Shown piece by piece: positions 46,255 through 55,960 of a DNA stretch of 64,000 nt. Under the pieces are notes generated by a model. That model was not told where the DNA came from, ran no database searches, and saw nothing but the letters and a program-made list of their open reading frames with translations. The stretch lies in NCBI GenBank assembly GCA_949294555.1, contig CASFHP010000010.1:34191-98190 (forward strand), written 5' to 3'. A program made the translations under genes and the position numbers. Each line of letters opens with the position of its first letter. Within the stretch, counting starts at the first letter, position 1. The DNA comes from an uncultured Eubacteriales bacterium. Its GTDB lineage: Bacteria; Bacillota; Clostridia; TANB77; CAG-508.

Positions 46255-46722
46255 TTATTGTTTTTGTTTCAATTCTTTATATACAATATCTTCTATATAT
46301 TGTTTATTTTCATTTACATTTTTTCTGATTTTCGTTCCACTAATGGCATATTTTTCTCGATGCCTATCAACTTGTACCTCTTCTATCTGTAAATCTCTTG
46401 CAACAAATTTTCCATATGGCTCACTGTTATAAAAATGCGTAACAGGAATATCTTTTATAATCTTTTTTAGATAATCCATCTGAATTTTTATGCTCTCTTC
46501 ATCTAATCCATATTGTGATGGCGGATTTTTTGCCAATAAAATATGTACATTTGGATAAAGTTCTCTAATCCAGTTTGCTCTTTGCTCTACAGGTATATCC
46601 ATGACGCTTGTCTCATATACAATCACATAAAATTCGTCCATTTCTTTTAAGCCTTTTTCAATTAAATACTGATGTCCTTTATGTAATGGAGCAAATTTTC
46701 CAATGGTAAATCCAATTTCCAT
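46255..46722 (-). CDS. Cytidylyltransferase-fold nucleotidyltransferase (NMN/NaMN adenylyltransferase-like)
   Basis: 155 aa. N-terminal GKFAPLHKGHQYLI (HxGH motif). Confidence 0.6.
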   Translation of the reverse strand: MEIGFTIGKFAPLHKGHQYLIEKGLKEMDEFYVIVYETSVMDIPVEQRANWIRELYPNVHILLAKNPPSQYGLDEESIKIQMDYLKKIIKDIPVTHFYNSEPYGKFVARDLQIEEVQVDRHREKYAISGTKIRKNVNENKQYIEDIVYKELKQKQ

Positions 46723-46909
46723 TTTTTATCTCATTCCTTTCACAAGGCACAAATCTGGTTGAAAAAGATTTAACTTTTGACACTATTTTTCAACCTTTAC
46801 TTCCTTTTTTGCTTCTATTATACCATACTTTTAAATATGTAATTTCATCTTTTCGTTTTTCATAACATTTTTATTCATGTTCTCATATAATTCTATATGA
46901 GGTGTTATT

Positions 46910-47059
46910 ATGAATTCATGTGCTTTTGTTAATTTTATTTCTCTACTTGCTTGCGAAATTGCCAAAGATAAGTCTCAAGATGAACTTGCTATTTTGTCTG
47001 CTTTTTTTACACAGCTCGGAGATACCCTAGCAACACTTGCTGCCTTAAACCTGGATTAA
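46910..47059 (+). CDS. Small 49-aa protein MNSCAFVNFISLLACEIAKDKSQDELAILSAFFTQLGDTLATLAALNLD
   Basis: aggtg SD 7 nt upstream. It resembles a small clostridial protein family with the LGDTLATI motif (DUF6774 as I recall). Too short for the ORF track. Confidence 0.5.
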   Translation: MNSCAFVNFISLLACEIAKDKSQDELAILSAFFTQLGDTLATLAALNLD

Positions 47060-47142
47060 ATCGCCTTTGTTTAACTATTTTACATTAAGTCCTGATTTAA
47101 TGGCTTGCTTACGTCAATCGATTCTTTATATTCTTTTTATTT

Positions 47143-48181
47143 TTATGTTTCTTTTGTTAATAATTTTTTAAAAGCTGTCGGTAATGGATATTCTTTTTCC
47201 ATCTGTTTCTTTGTTACCCATATCCATTCTTCTGATTTATTTTTTACTTCTATTTCATAAACCACCATATCCCATTCTATATGGGTAAATATATGTTTTG
47301 CATGTTTTTTTACAAGTATATTCTTAAATTGTATATTCCATTGTTCTAATATTTTTGGAATTTCTTCTTCTGTCACTTCTCCGAATTACATTTGGAAATT
47401 CATATAACTTTGCTAATATTCCCGTTTTTTCACGTTTTCTAATCGCCATTTGATTTTGATACTCTAAAATAAATACCGTTCTTTTTTCTATTTTTCGTTT
47501 TTGCTTTTTTATTCTAACAGGAATTTCTTTTGTTAGATTTTCTTTGTGAGCTCTGCAAAATTCTTGGATTGGACATTTGTCACACATAGGAACCGTATTG
47601 GGTAGACAAATTTTTTCTCCTAATTCCATTAATCCCTCATTAAAATCTCCTGGCTCATTAGGCATGATTTCAAATAATGCTTTTGTAATTTTTCTCTTCG
47701 TTTCTGGTAGCAACACATCTTCTTTACTTGCCAGCACGCGAGATACTACCCTTAATACATTGCCATCTACTGCTGGTACTTTTTCTTTATAACTAATAGA
47801 CGCAATTGCACCAGCTGTATATTCTCCAATTCCTGCTAATTTTAATAAATCTGCATAATTTGTAGGCATTTTTCCTTCATATTCTTTTTCAATTTGTATG
47901 GCTGCCTTTTTTAAGTTTCTTGCTCTACTATAATAGCCTAGTCCTTCCCAAAGTTTTAACAATTTCTCCTCTGGTACTACTGCTAAATCCTGTATAGTTG
48001 GCAATTCTTCCATAAATCTTGTATAATATTTTTTAACTGCTTCTATCCTTGTTTGCTGTAGCATAATTTCTGATACCCATATATGATATGGCTCTTTATC
48101 TTGTTTCCATGGCAGTGTTTTTTCCTGATTTTGATACCATTCTATGATTGGTTCTATTATTTTTCTTAAATCTTGCTTCAT
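47143..48181 (-). pseudogene. mutY: A/G-specific adenine DNA glycosylase MutY, split by a 1-nt frameshift
   Basis: ORF 47324-48181 carries the HhH-GPD domain and the 4Fe-4S Cys cluster (CLPNTVPMCDKCPIQEFC). ORF 47143-47376 carries the NUDIX-like C-terminal domain in another frame. The frames must join within 47377-47388. Confidence 0.8.
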
Positions 48182-48206
48182 TTATTTCTCCAAAATTAAA
48201 ATTCCA

Positions 48207-49508
48207 TTATTGTTCTCTTCCCATATATTGATCTAATTCTTCTTCATCTTTTCTTCTTAATTGTGCTGAAATACCTTTTATTGTTTTTTCTGATGCATTT
48301 GTATTTTCTGGATTTTCTTCTAATTCATCTCTTTTTAACTGCATTTTTTGCTTTTCTTGTTTCTGTCTTACTTTCCTAGCTTTTTCCTTTTCTTCATGAA
48401 TAAAGTCTTCTTTCTGCTCTTCTTTCAAATCACTTCTGTCTAATCTAAATTTTATTAAATCATATATAAATTGATCATCTGTTCCTGTTTGTTCTATATA
48501 TTTATCTAATTCTAACAATTCCTCTTCTGTACTAACACCTTTTTTACTATAAAAAAATTTTTGATTCAATATTATTTCGTATAATTCATCTATATCTTTT
48601 TTCGGATTATTCTGTATAAGTTTTTCTCTTTCTTGTAGCATTTGCAGAACAGCTTTTTTCTTTCCTTCTTCATTATATCTTACTTTTAAAATAGGATATC
48701 GTTTTAAAATTTCTGGATGGGCATTGATATATATTTCAGACCAAGTATCTAATGATTTTATCGCTTTTCCTTTTTTTCCTTTAATCTTAAATTCTGCTTT
48801 ATAAAATTCTTTATCATATTTTCGTATTAATTTTTTCATATTTTTATTATTATATATTGCATGTAATTTTGGATTTGCTTCTTTTATTGCTTCTAAAGCC
48901 ATTCGCAATCCAAACTTGTTTGCATTGTTTTCTTCCAATAAATATCCATAATTTTCCTTATAAAATTTTGAACTCATTTTTCTCATAATTATTTCAAGTG
49001 CAATTAAATAAAACTCTTTTTTATATACTTTTTCGCTATCTTGTGCTATTATAACATTTTGTAAAACATGTCCTATTTCATGAAAAATTGTCTTTAAGCC
49101 AAAAAGAAATTTATTTTGATTGTCACTTGTTAATGCTTCTGCTATTTTGGAAAGATTATATGCAACTGTATATGTACCATCATCATGTGAAATGCAAATT
49201 CCTTTTGCATTATTCTTGTCACGTTTACAATACGCTTCTTCTTCTAATACTTCAATACTAACTTTTTTGTCTAAATATAAATCCTTTACAGTCTTTTTTG
49301 CAAAAAAATGCGTATATATACTAGCTTCTTCTTTATTTAGTTGTCCAATTCTTTTCTTCATAGAGAATTTTATTAAAGCATTATATAGTCGACTTTCATA
49401 AGGATCTTCTAAATCCATTTGCTCTTTATTTTTATTACACCAATCTAATAATTCTTCATATGATCCTTTTCCACTTTTTATTTTTTCATATATTTCTTTT
49501 GGTTCCAT
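48207..49508 (-). CDS. Hypothetical protein with an HExxH zinc-metallopeptidase motif
   Basis: 433 aa. Motif TIFHEIGHVLQ near residue 150, and a Lys/Glu-rich C-terminal tail. Confidence 0.5.
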   Translation of the reverse strand: MEPKEIYEKIKSGKGSYEELLDWCNKNKEQMDLEDPYESRLYNALIKFSMKKRIGQLNKEEASIYTHFFAKKTVKDLYLDKKVSIEVLEEEAYCKRDKNNAKGICISHDDGTYTVAYNLSKIAEALTSDNQNKFLFGLKTIFHEIGHVLQNVIIAQDSEKVYKKEFYLIALEIIMRKMSSKFYKENYGYLLEENNANKFGLRMALEAIKEANPKLHAIYNNKNMKKLIRKYDKEFYKAEFKIKGKKGKAIKSLDTWSEIYINAHPEILKRYPILKVRYNEEGKKKAVLQMLQEREKLIQNNPKKDIDELYEIILNQKFFYSKKGVSTEEELLELDKYIEQTGTDDQFIYDLIKFRLDRSDLKEEQKEDFIHEEKEKARKVRQKQEKQKMQLKRDELEENPENTNASEKTIKGISAQLRRKDEEELDQYMGREQ

Positions 49509-49634
49509 TTTTTCTTCCTATTTAATATTTAATTTATTTATAGTTTTATTATTTCATAGTTTTTATTTTCTTTCAATAGTTTAATAGTTAAAATCAGGGA
49601 AATTTTGCAACATCAGTTGCAAAATTTTAATAAT

Positions 49635-49922
49635 TTATGCTACTTTTATTCCTGTATCTACAACTTCTCTTACAAAAAGATTTGAAATCTTTTTATAATC
49701 TTCTATTGTTATTGGGTGTGGTTCAATTCTCGTATCTATTTTCCAAGTCAATCCGATTAGTTTTGCAACATCTTCAATAATGTCACTAAAATTGCTTGAA
49801 ATAATTGCTATATCTATGTCACTATCTTCATTTTCCGTTCCTTTTGCATAAGAACCAAATAATATTATTTGTAATTTTTCAACTTGCTCATCTGTTAAAT
49901 CTAAATTACATTTTTCAGCCAA
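49635..49922 (-). CDS. Minimal nucleotidyltransferase (MNT-type, toxin-antitoxin-like), apparently orphan
   Basis: 95 aa with a TTG start. Motif LFGSYAKGTENEDSDIDIAI (GS...DxD). No HEPN partner ORF on either side. Confidence 0.65.
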   Translation of the reverse strand: MAEKCNLDLTDEQVEKLQIILFGSYAKGTENEDSDIDIAIISSNFSDIIEDVAKLIGLTWKIDTRIEPHPITIEDYKKISNLFVREVVDTGIKVA

Positions 49923-50171
49923 TGCTAATTATCACCCTTTCGAAAAAGCTATTATTATTATAACATTGTTTTTTGATTTTACTACAAATTATGAATATTA
50001 TTTTCCATCATCCAATTTTTCTTTACAAGTTTTACCCTTTTCATCTGGAAATTCACAATAAATTTCATCTTGTCTTGATGTTGGTATAAAGTTGTAGAAA
50101 CTATGTTAGACATTTTGTTAGACAGACAAAAAAATAACAACTCTCAATTTCTTGAAAGTTGCTTGTTTTAT

Positions 50172-50246
50172 TGGCTGGGCTGGCTAGATTCGAACTAGCG
50201 CATGCCAGAGTCAAAGTCTGGTGCCTTACCGCTTGGCTACAGCCCA
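50172..50246 (-). tRNA. tRNA-Gln: tRNA-Gln (UUG), CCA encoded
   Basis: Reverse complement TGGGCTGTAGCCAAGCGGTAAGGCACCAGACTTTGACTCTGGCATGCGCTAGTTCGAATCTAGCCAGCCCAGCCA. Folded by hand into a cloverleaf with anticodon loop CU-UUG-AC. Confidence 0.93.
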
Positions 50247-50253
50247 ATATATA

Positions 50254-50331
50254 TGGGGTGGAAGATGGGACTCGAACCCACGGTCTCCAGTGCCACAAAC
50301 TGGCGCGTTAACCAACTACGCTACATCCACC
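50254..50331 (-). tRNA. tRNA-His: tRNA-His (GUG) with G-1:C73, CCA encoded
   Basis: Reverse complement GGTGGATGTAGCGTAGTTGGTTAACGCGCCAGTTTGTGGCACTGGAGACCGTGGGTTCGAGTCCCATCTTCCACCCCA. Anticodon loop UU-GUG-GC, with one U-U mismatch in the acceptor stem. Confidence 0.9.
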
Positions 50332-50539
50332 ATAGTTTACGTGCACCTTTTGATTAGCACATTTTCTATTTTAACCTATTTCACCCCATTTTGTCAACTG
50401 TTTTATAAATTTTATTTTATTTTTTTCTCAAATTTTGTCACAATTCACAGTTTCAATTAACTCACTCAATCTGCCAATCAGTAATATATGAATTAGCTTT
50501 GAATTGAATTACTATCATTATTTACAAAAAAATCAATTA

Positions 50540-51343
50540 TTATTCAACTGTTGTAAAAGCACTTGGGTCTATTCCATATTGTTGATATAACCATGTTGTA
50601 TAATCAAATGGTGTTAAGGTTTCTGGTAATCCATAGTCAATTCCATTTGTTTCTACTCTAATTGATGTAATCACTGGTGGATTTACTGGCGTACTTACTT
50701 CTGTATTTCCTGTCGTGTCTGCATCATCAGCTGCTTTTACTTCTACTTCTTCTATTTGATGTACAATATCCATTCCTTCTATTACTTTTCCAAATGATGT
50801 GTATTGTCCGTTTAAGCTTGTATTTTTTGCGGTCATAATAAAGAATTGTGAACTTCCTGAATTATAAGATTCTTCTGTTAACGATGATGAATAGCTAGTG
50901 TAATCTGATCTTGCCATTGCTACAACACCTTCTTCAAATTGTAGCTTATTATCTACACCGTTTGCTATAAATTCTCCTTTTATTGTATATTCTGTATCAT
51001 CTCCATCATCTCTTAAATCACTTGTTGTGGCTATACCTGTTCCGTCTCCATTTTTATCTCCACCTTGTATCATAAAGTCTTTTACAATTCTGTGGAATGT
51101 TAATCCATCATAAAATCCTCTATTTGCTAAGGCTATAAAGTTTGCTACTGTTTCTGGTGCATATTCTGGATATAATTCAAATTTAATTGTTCCAAAATTT
51201 TCTACTTCCATAGTTGCTACAGGTCTTGTAACTTCCATCGTTGCATTTCTATAATATCCATAACTAATAACCCCAATCAATACAATTAATATGATTAAAG
51301 CAATTATCCATATAATATTTTTAAATTTTCCCATTTTCTTCAC
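50540..51343 (-). CDS. Cyclophilin-type peptidyl-prolyl isomerase, membrane-anchored
   Basis: N-terminal TM helix. Motifs FHRIVKDFMIQGGD and SSQFFI. Confidence 0.9.
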   Translation of the reverse strand: MKKMGKFKNIIWIIALIILIVLIGVISYGYYRNATMEVTRPVATMEVENFGTIKFELYPEYAPETVANFIALANRGFYDGLTFHRIVKDFMIQGGDKNGDGTGIATTSDLRDDGDDTEYTIKGEFIANGVDNKLQFEEGVVAMARSDYTSYSSSLTEESYNSGSSQFFIMTAKNTSLNGQYTSFGKVIEGMDIVHQIEEVEVKAADDADTTGNTEVSTPVNPPVITSIRVETNGIDYGLPETLTPFDYTTWLYQQYGIDPSAFTTVE

Positions 51344-51496
51344 TTTTCCTTTCTATTTTATTTTTTAGAACATTCCCATATTCAATCATTCAGAATATTT
51401 TTTTACATTATAGTGAATGCAATCTCCTATAATATAAAAAAGTCTGTTCCTTTCGTTTCATTTTAAAATGTTTTGAAACGTCCCTAGCCTTCAAAT

Positions 51497-52570
51497 TCAG
51501 AGGATGTTATCAAAAACAAATTGTTCTTGCATTCTTTTTAGCGATTGTTTAATGGTTCTGGCTCTTACTTCTCCAATGCCATCTACTTCGTCTAAGCTTT
51601 CTATATCTGCTGCCAATATATGTTGAAACGATTTAAAACTATCTACTAAGTTTTCTACAATATTTGTTGGCATTCTTGGAACTTTACTTAATATTCGATA
51701 TCCTTTAGGATATACTGCCACTTCATCATAATTGTCAAAATTTTCATATCCTAATAATTTTGCAATTGATGATTCTTTTAAGATTTCTTCATATTCTAAA
51801 TCTTTTAATTCTTCTAAGATATCCTCTGGCTCTGTTTTCTTTCTTACCATGTAATCTTTGATGATAAGACTTTCTTCTTTTTCTAATCCACCAATTAATT
51901 CGTCTAATTGCATTTTTACTAGTCTACCATCATCGCCTAATTCATAAATCTGCCTTTGGATTTCTTCTACAATTCGCATAACCATTTCTGCTCTTTGTAT
52001 AGCAAGTACAACATTTTGCAATGTTACTATATCATTAAATTCATATTCATTCAAGATGTTTAATTTATTATCAAATACTTTTTTATATTTTTCTAGTGTT
52101 TGAATTGCTTGATTTGCTTTATTTAACACAACATCTGTGTCTTCTAAAACATATCTATCATTTCCTTTGAAAACTGTGATAATATTTCTTCTTTGTGAAA
52201 TACTGATGACCAATTCTCCTGTTTGTTTTGCTGTTCTTTCTGCTGTCCTATGTCTTGTTCCTGTTTCTGATGTTTGAATTTCATGTTCTGGGATTAGTTG
52301 TGCATTGGCATACAATATTTTTTTCATATCGCCACTTAATACAATTGCCCCATCCATTTTGGCTAATTCATACAGTTTTGATGATGTATAGTCTTCATTA
52401 ATAATAAATCCACCATCAACAATTTCTTTGATGACTTCGTTATTGTCTGTTATTAACAATAATGCCCCTGTTTTTGCTCTTAATATATTTTCTAATCCAT
52501 CTCTAATTGGTGTTCCTGGAGCTATTAATTTTAAAACTGATGTGATATTATCTTCTTTTAGTTTTTTCAA
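51497..52570 (-). CDS. disA: DNA integrity scanning protein DisA (diadenylate cyclase)
   Basis: DAC-domain motifs DGAIVLS and GTRHRTAER, with a C-terminal HhH (IDGIGEVRARTI). Downstream of radA, as is usual in Firmicutes. Confidence 0.93.
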   Translation of the reverse strand: MKKLKEDNITSVLKLIAPGTPIRDGLENILRAKTGALLLITDNNEVIKEIVDGGFIINEDYTSSKLYELAKMDGAIVLSGDMKKILYANAQLIPEHEIQTSETGTRHRTAERTAKQTGELVISISQRRNIITVFKGNDRYVLEDTDVVLNKANQAIQTLEKYKKVFDNKLNILNEYEFNDIVTLQNVVLAIQRAEMVMRIVEEIQRQIYELGDDGRLVKMQLDELIGGLEKEESLIIKDYMVRKKTEPEDILEELKDLEYEEILKESSIAKLLGYENFDNYDEVAVYPKGYRILSKVPRMPTNIVENLVDSFKSFQHILAADIESLDEVDGIGEVRARTIKQSLKRMQEQFVFDNIL

Positions 52571-52610
52571 AATTAATCTCCTTTCTTTTCGTTATTTGGC
52601 TAAATATAAA

Positions 52611-53975
52611 TTATTTTAACCCAATTTTCTTCATTGCTTCATTAATATTGCTGACACCTATTATATCTAATTTATATTTTTCTTTCAAGTCTTTTTTGTT
52701 AGATTCTGGAATTATGCAACTCTTAAATCCCAATTTTTCGGCTTCTTTCAACCTTTTATCAATTAAATTAATTCTTCTTACTTCTCCAGTTAATCCTACT
52801 TCTCCTATAATGACCATGTCTTTCGGAATTGGTACATTTTTAAAGCTAGACGCAACTGCCATTATCATTCCCAAGTCAATAGATGGTTCATTTACTTTAA
52901 TACCACCTACTAAGTTCAAGTAAATGTCTTGACTTCCTAACATCATTCCTGCTCTTTTCTCTAAAACAGCAATCAATAGTGCAAGCCTGTTGTAATCTGT
53001 TCCATTTGCTGTTCTTCTGGGAAATCCAAAAATACTTTGTGTCGTTAATGCCTGTAATTCAATTAAAATTGCCCTTGTTCCTTCAATACTAGACACAATA
53101 CATGAACCTGCTGGATTATCTTCTCTTTCTGAAATCAATATATCAGAAGGATTGGTAATTTCACACATACCTTCTTCATTCATTTCAAACATACCAATTT
53201 CATTTGTTGAGCCAAATCTATTTTTTACACCTCTTAATACTCGATAAGAAAAATATCTTTCTCCTTCCAAATATAATACAGTATCTACCATATGTTCCAA
53301 AACTCTTGGTCCTGCAATGTTTCCTTCTTTTGTTACATGACCAATAATAATGGTTGTAATGGCTCTAGATTTACAAACTCTCATCACTTGTGAAGTAATC
53401 TCTCTTACCTGGCTAACACTTCCAGCAGCAGCAGAAATTTCTTCTGAATACATGGTTTGGATAGAATCAATAATCACAAGTTTTGGATTAATTTCTAAAA
53501 TTGCTTGATTAACAACATCAATATCTGTTTCTCCTAAAAATAGGATGTCGTCGTTATTGATGCCTAATCTATCTGCTCTCATTTTAATTTGTTCTGCTGA
53601 CTCTTCTCCAGAAACATATAAAACCTTGCCCTCGCCTTTCACTTTATCACAAATTTGCAAAATCAGCGTAGACTTTCCAATTCCAGGTTCTCCTCCTAAC
53701 AACACAAGTGAACCTTTTACAAGTCCACCGCCTAAAACTCTATCTAATTCTCCAAAGCCTGTGGAAGTTCTTAACGTTTCTTTTGCTTCATATGAATTTA
53801 ATTTTTGTGGTTTATTTTCACTTTTCGCTAAATCTTTATGACCGCCAGCTTTCGTTTCCACTACCTTTTGCTCATAAAAGGTATTCCAACTATTGCAGGC
53901 AGGGCATTTTCCTAACCATTTACTAGATTCATTTCCACATTCACTACACACAAAAATTGTTTTACTCTTTGCCAT
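52611..53975 (-). CDS. radA: DNA repair protein RadA/Sms
   Basis: Zinc finger CSECGNESSKWLGKCPAC, Walker A GGEPGIGKST, motif KNRFG, and a Lon-like C-terminus. Confidence 0.95.
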   Translation of the reverse strand: MAKSKTIFVCSECGNESSKWLGKCPACNSWNTFYEQKVVETKAGGHKDLAKSENKPQKLNSYEAKETLRTSTGFGELDRVLGGGLVKGSLVLLGGEPGIGKSTLILQICDKVKGEGKVLYVSGEESAEQIKMRADRLGINNDDILFLGETDIDVVNQAILEINPKLVIIDSIQTMYSEEISAAAGSVSQVREITSQVMRVCKSRAITTIIIGHVTKEGNIAGPRVLEHMVDTVLYLEGERYFSYRVLRGVKNRFGSTNEIGMFEMNEEGMCEITNPSDILISEREDNPAGSCIVSSIEGTRAILIELQALTTQSIFGFPRRTANGTDYNRLALLIAVLEKRAGMMLGSQDIYLNLVGGIKVNEPSIDLGMIMAVASSFKNVPIPKDMVIIGEVGLTGEVRRINLIDKRLKEAEKLGFKSCIIPESNKKDLKEKYKLDIIGVSNINEAMKKIGLK

Positions 53976-54073
53976 AACTTCTCCTTTTGTTCTGCACCAA
54001 TTTTACTTAGAGTAAAATTGTGTGCATCAGCTTTTATCTATTAGAAAATCAGTATGACTTTCCTAATAGATAA

Positions 54074-54113
54074 CAAAAAAAGTATAGCACATTTTCTTTT
54101 GCTTTGCTATACT
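54074..54113 (-). terminator. Intrinsic terminator after CDS 54132-54476
   Basis: agtatagca / tgctatact 9-bp stem followed (minus sense) by a U7 run. Confidence 0.65.
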
Positions 54114-54131
54114 TTTAAAAAATAAATTTCA

Positions 54132-54476
54132 TTATACATTTGCTTTCTTTTTTCCAAAACTAACTTCTTGGAACAAGAAATCATGCACTTTCTCCCAAGT
54201 AATATCTTGATGTAAAAATTCATTTATTTCATTTTCCACTTTTTGTTGATATGGAGTTAATTCTACTTTTATTTCTTTATTCCAATCAATTTCTTGGAAC
54301 CAGAATGCTTTGAATTTTGACCAGAATCCTTGTTTTACAAGTGATGTTTTTTTGTTTCCAGCTAATTGTTGTCCATTATTGACATTATTGTTTTCGCCTT
54401 CAAAATTAGTATTGCCATTTCCATTTTCAAATTGTACTCCACCAAATACATTATTTTCTTCTCTGATATCTGCCAT
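54132..54476 (-). CDS. Hypothetical Asn/Gly-rich small protein
   Basis: 114-aa ORF. The N-terminal half is low complexity (NGNGNTNFEGENNNVNNGQ) and the C-terminal half is Trp/Phe-rich. Confidence 0.4.
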   Translation of the reverse strand: MADIREENNVFGGVQFENGNGNTNFEGENNNVNNGQQLAGNKKTSLVKQGFWSKFKAFWFQEIDWNKEIKVELTPYQQKVENEINEFLHQDITWEKVHDFLFQEVSFGKKKANV

Positions 54477-54660
54477 TTATTTTTCCTCCTTTGTAGGTTT
54501 ATACACTTTACTATATTATTTATACTATATATTTGCTTATTTAGCAAGACTTTTTTTATTGTTTTTTATTAAATATTCGTTACAAACATATTACATTTTT
54601 GTTACATTTTACCAATAACTCTATTCTTCATCTCTTTAATTTTTAGAAAAATACTATTTT

Positions 54661-55957
54661 TTATGAAGTAAAAACAGTTATATATTCTTCTTCTGCTTCT
54701 ATACATTTTAATGTTACTATCTTATTTTCCATATTTTCATCTGTTTTGTAATGTGCTAATATGTAGTTTTTGGTATGTCCTTGCCACACACCATTTTTTT
54801 CTTCTTCAAATAGGACTTCTACTTCTTTTCCAATATATGTTTCATTATATGTTTTTTCATTTTGATTAGATAATTCAATTAATCTTCTGCTTCTTTCTTC
54901 TTTTTTGTTTCCATCTATTTGATTTGGCATAACAGCTGCCTTTGTTCCCTTTCTTGGCGAATATTTGAATACATGCATTTTATAAAATTTGATATCTTTT
55001 AAAAATGTATATGTTTTTTCAAATTCTTCTTCGCTTTCTCCTGGAAATCCTACTATAATATCTGTTGTTAAAATAGCATCTTCAAATGTTTTTCTTAATA
55101 ATTTTGTTATCTCTTTAAATTGTTCTGTTGTATATCTTCTATTCATTCTTTTTAAGGTCTCATCACATCCACTTTGTAATGATAAATGAAATTGATGACA
55201 TACTTTAGATAATTTTTCTAATCTTTTCACAAATTCTTCTGTTATTAACAATGGTTCTATAGAACCTAATCGAATTCTTTCAATTCCTTCTATGCTATTG
55301 ATTTCTTCTAATAAATCAATTAGTCGATATTCTTGTTTAAAATCTTTGCCATAAGAAGCAATATGAATTCCTGTAATAACAACTTCTTTTATCCCTTCTT
55401 TAGCAATTTTGGCAATTTCAGATAAAACATTTTTTGGCTGTCTACTTCTTACCCTTCCTCTTGCATAAGGAATGATACAGTATGAACAAAAACGGTCACA
55501 GCCATCTTGAATTTTGATAACAGCTCTTGTTTTTTCTGTAAATGTGATATCTCCAAATTCTACAAATTCTTTTTGTCCGCATAACATCTTCTGCTTGTGT
55601 TTCAGGAATTTTACTATCTATATATTTTTCTACATGTTCTACTATCGTTTTTTTCTCATTATTTCCTAATACTATATCAATTTCTTCTATTTTTTCTAAT
55701 TCTTCTTTGGCTACTTGTGCATAACAACCACAGGCCACAACTATGGCATTTGCATTTAATTCTTTTACTCTTCTTAACATTTGCCTAGATTTTCTGTCTG
55801 ACATATTGGTTACTGTACAAGTATTTACAATATAAATGTCTGCTTTTTCTGTATGTTCAACTATTTTGTAACCTTTTTCTATAAATTGCTGTGTCATTGC
55901 ATTTGTTTCATATTGATTTACTTTACAGCCCAATGTTATAAATGCTACTGTTTTCAT
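54661..55957 (-). pseudogene. mtaB: tRNA methylthiotransferase (MtaB-like radical SAM), split by a 1-nt frameshift in an A5 run
   Basis: ORF 55496-55957 carries the N-terminal MTTase domain (MKTVAFITLGCKVNQYE). ORF 54661-55587 carries the radical-SAM motif CDRFCSYC and a TRAM domain. Removing one A from caaaaag (T5 on the plus strand, 55570-55574) restores ...[18 protein letters not shown]... Confidence 0.8.
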
Positions 55958-55960
55958 TAT

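Noticed and set aside
49990-50097. Minus-strand open frame ...FYNFIPTSRQDEIYCEFPDEKGKTCKEKLDDGK-stop between the MNT gene and tRNA-Gln
   Set aside because: It has no start codon or SD and is bounded upstream by an in-frame stop. It may be a gene fragment, but I cannot identify it, so it is not listed as a feature.
50101-50460. Two ORFs (50101-50298 minus, 50221-50460 plus)
   Set aside because: They overlap the tRNA-Gln and tRNA-His genes, and the GC-rich tRNA sequence creates the open frames.
54661-55957. Programmed ribosomal frameshifting as an explanation for the split mtaB (and likewise for mutY and the oxidoreductase)
   Set aside because: There is no slippery heptamer plus downstream structure, and these families have no precedent for recoding. 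A sequencing indel or a true pseudogene is far more likely.
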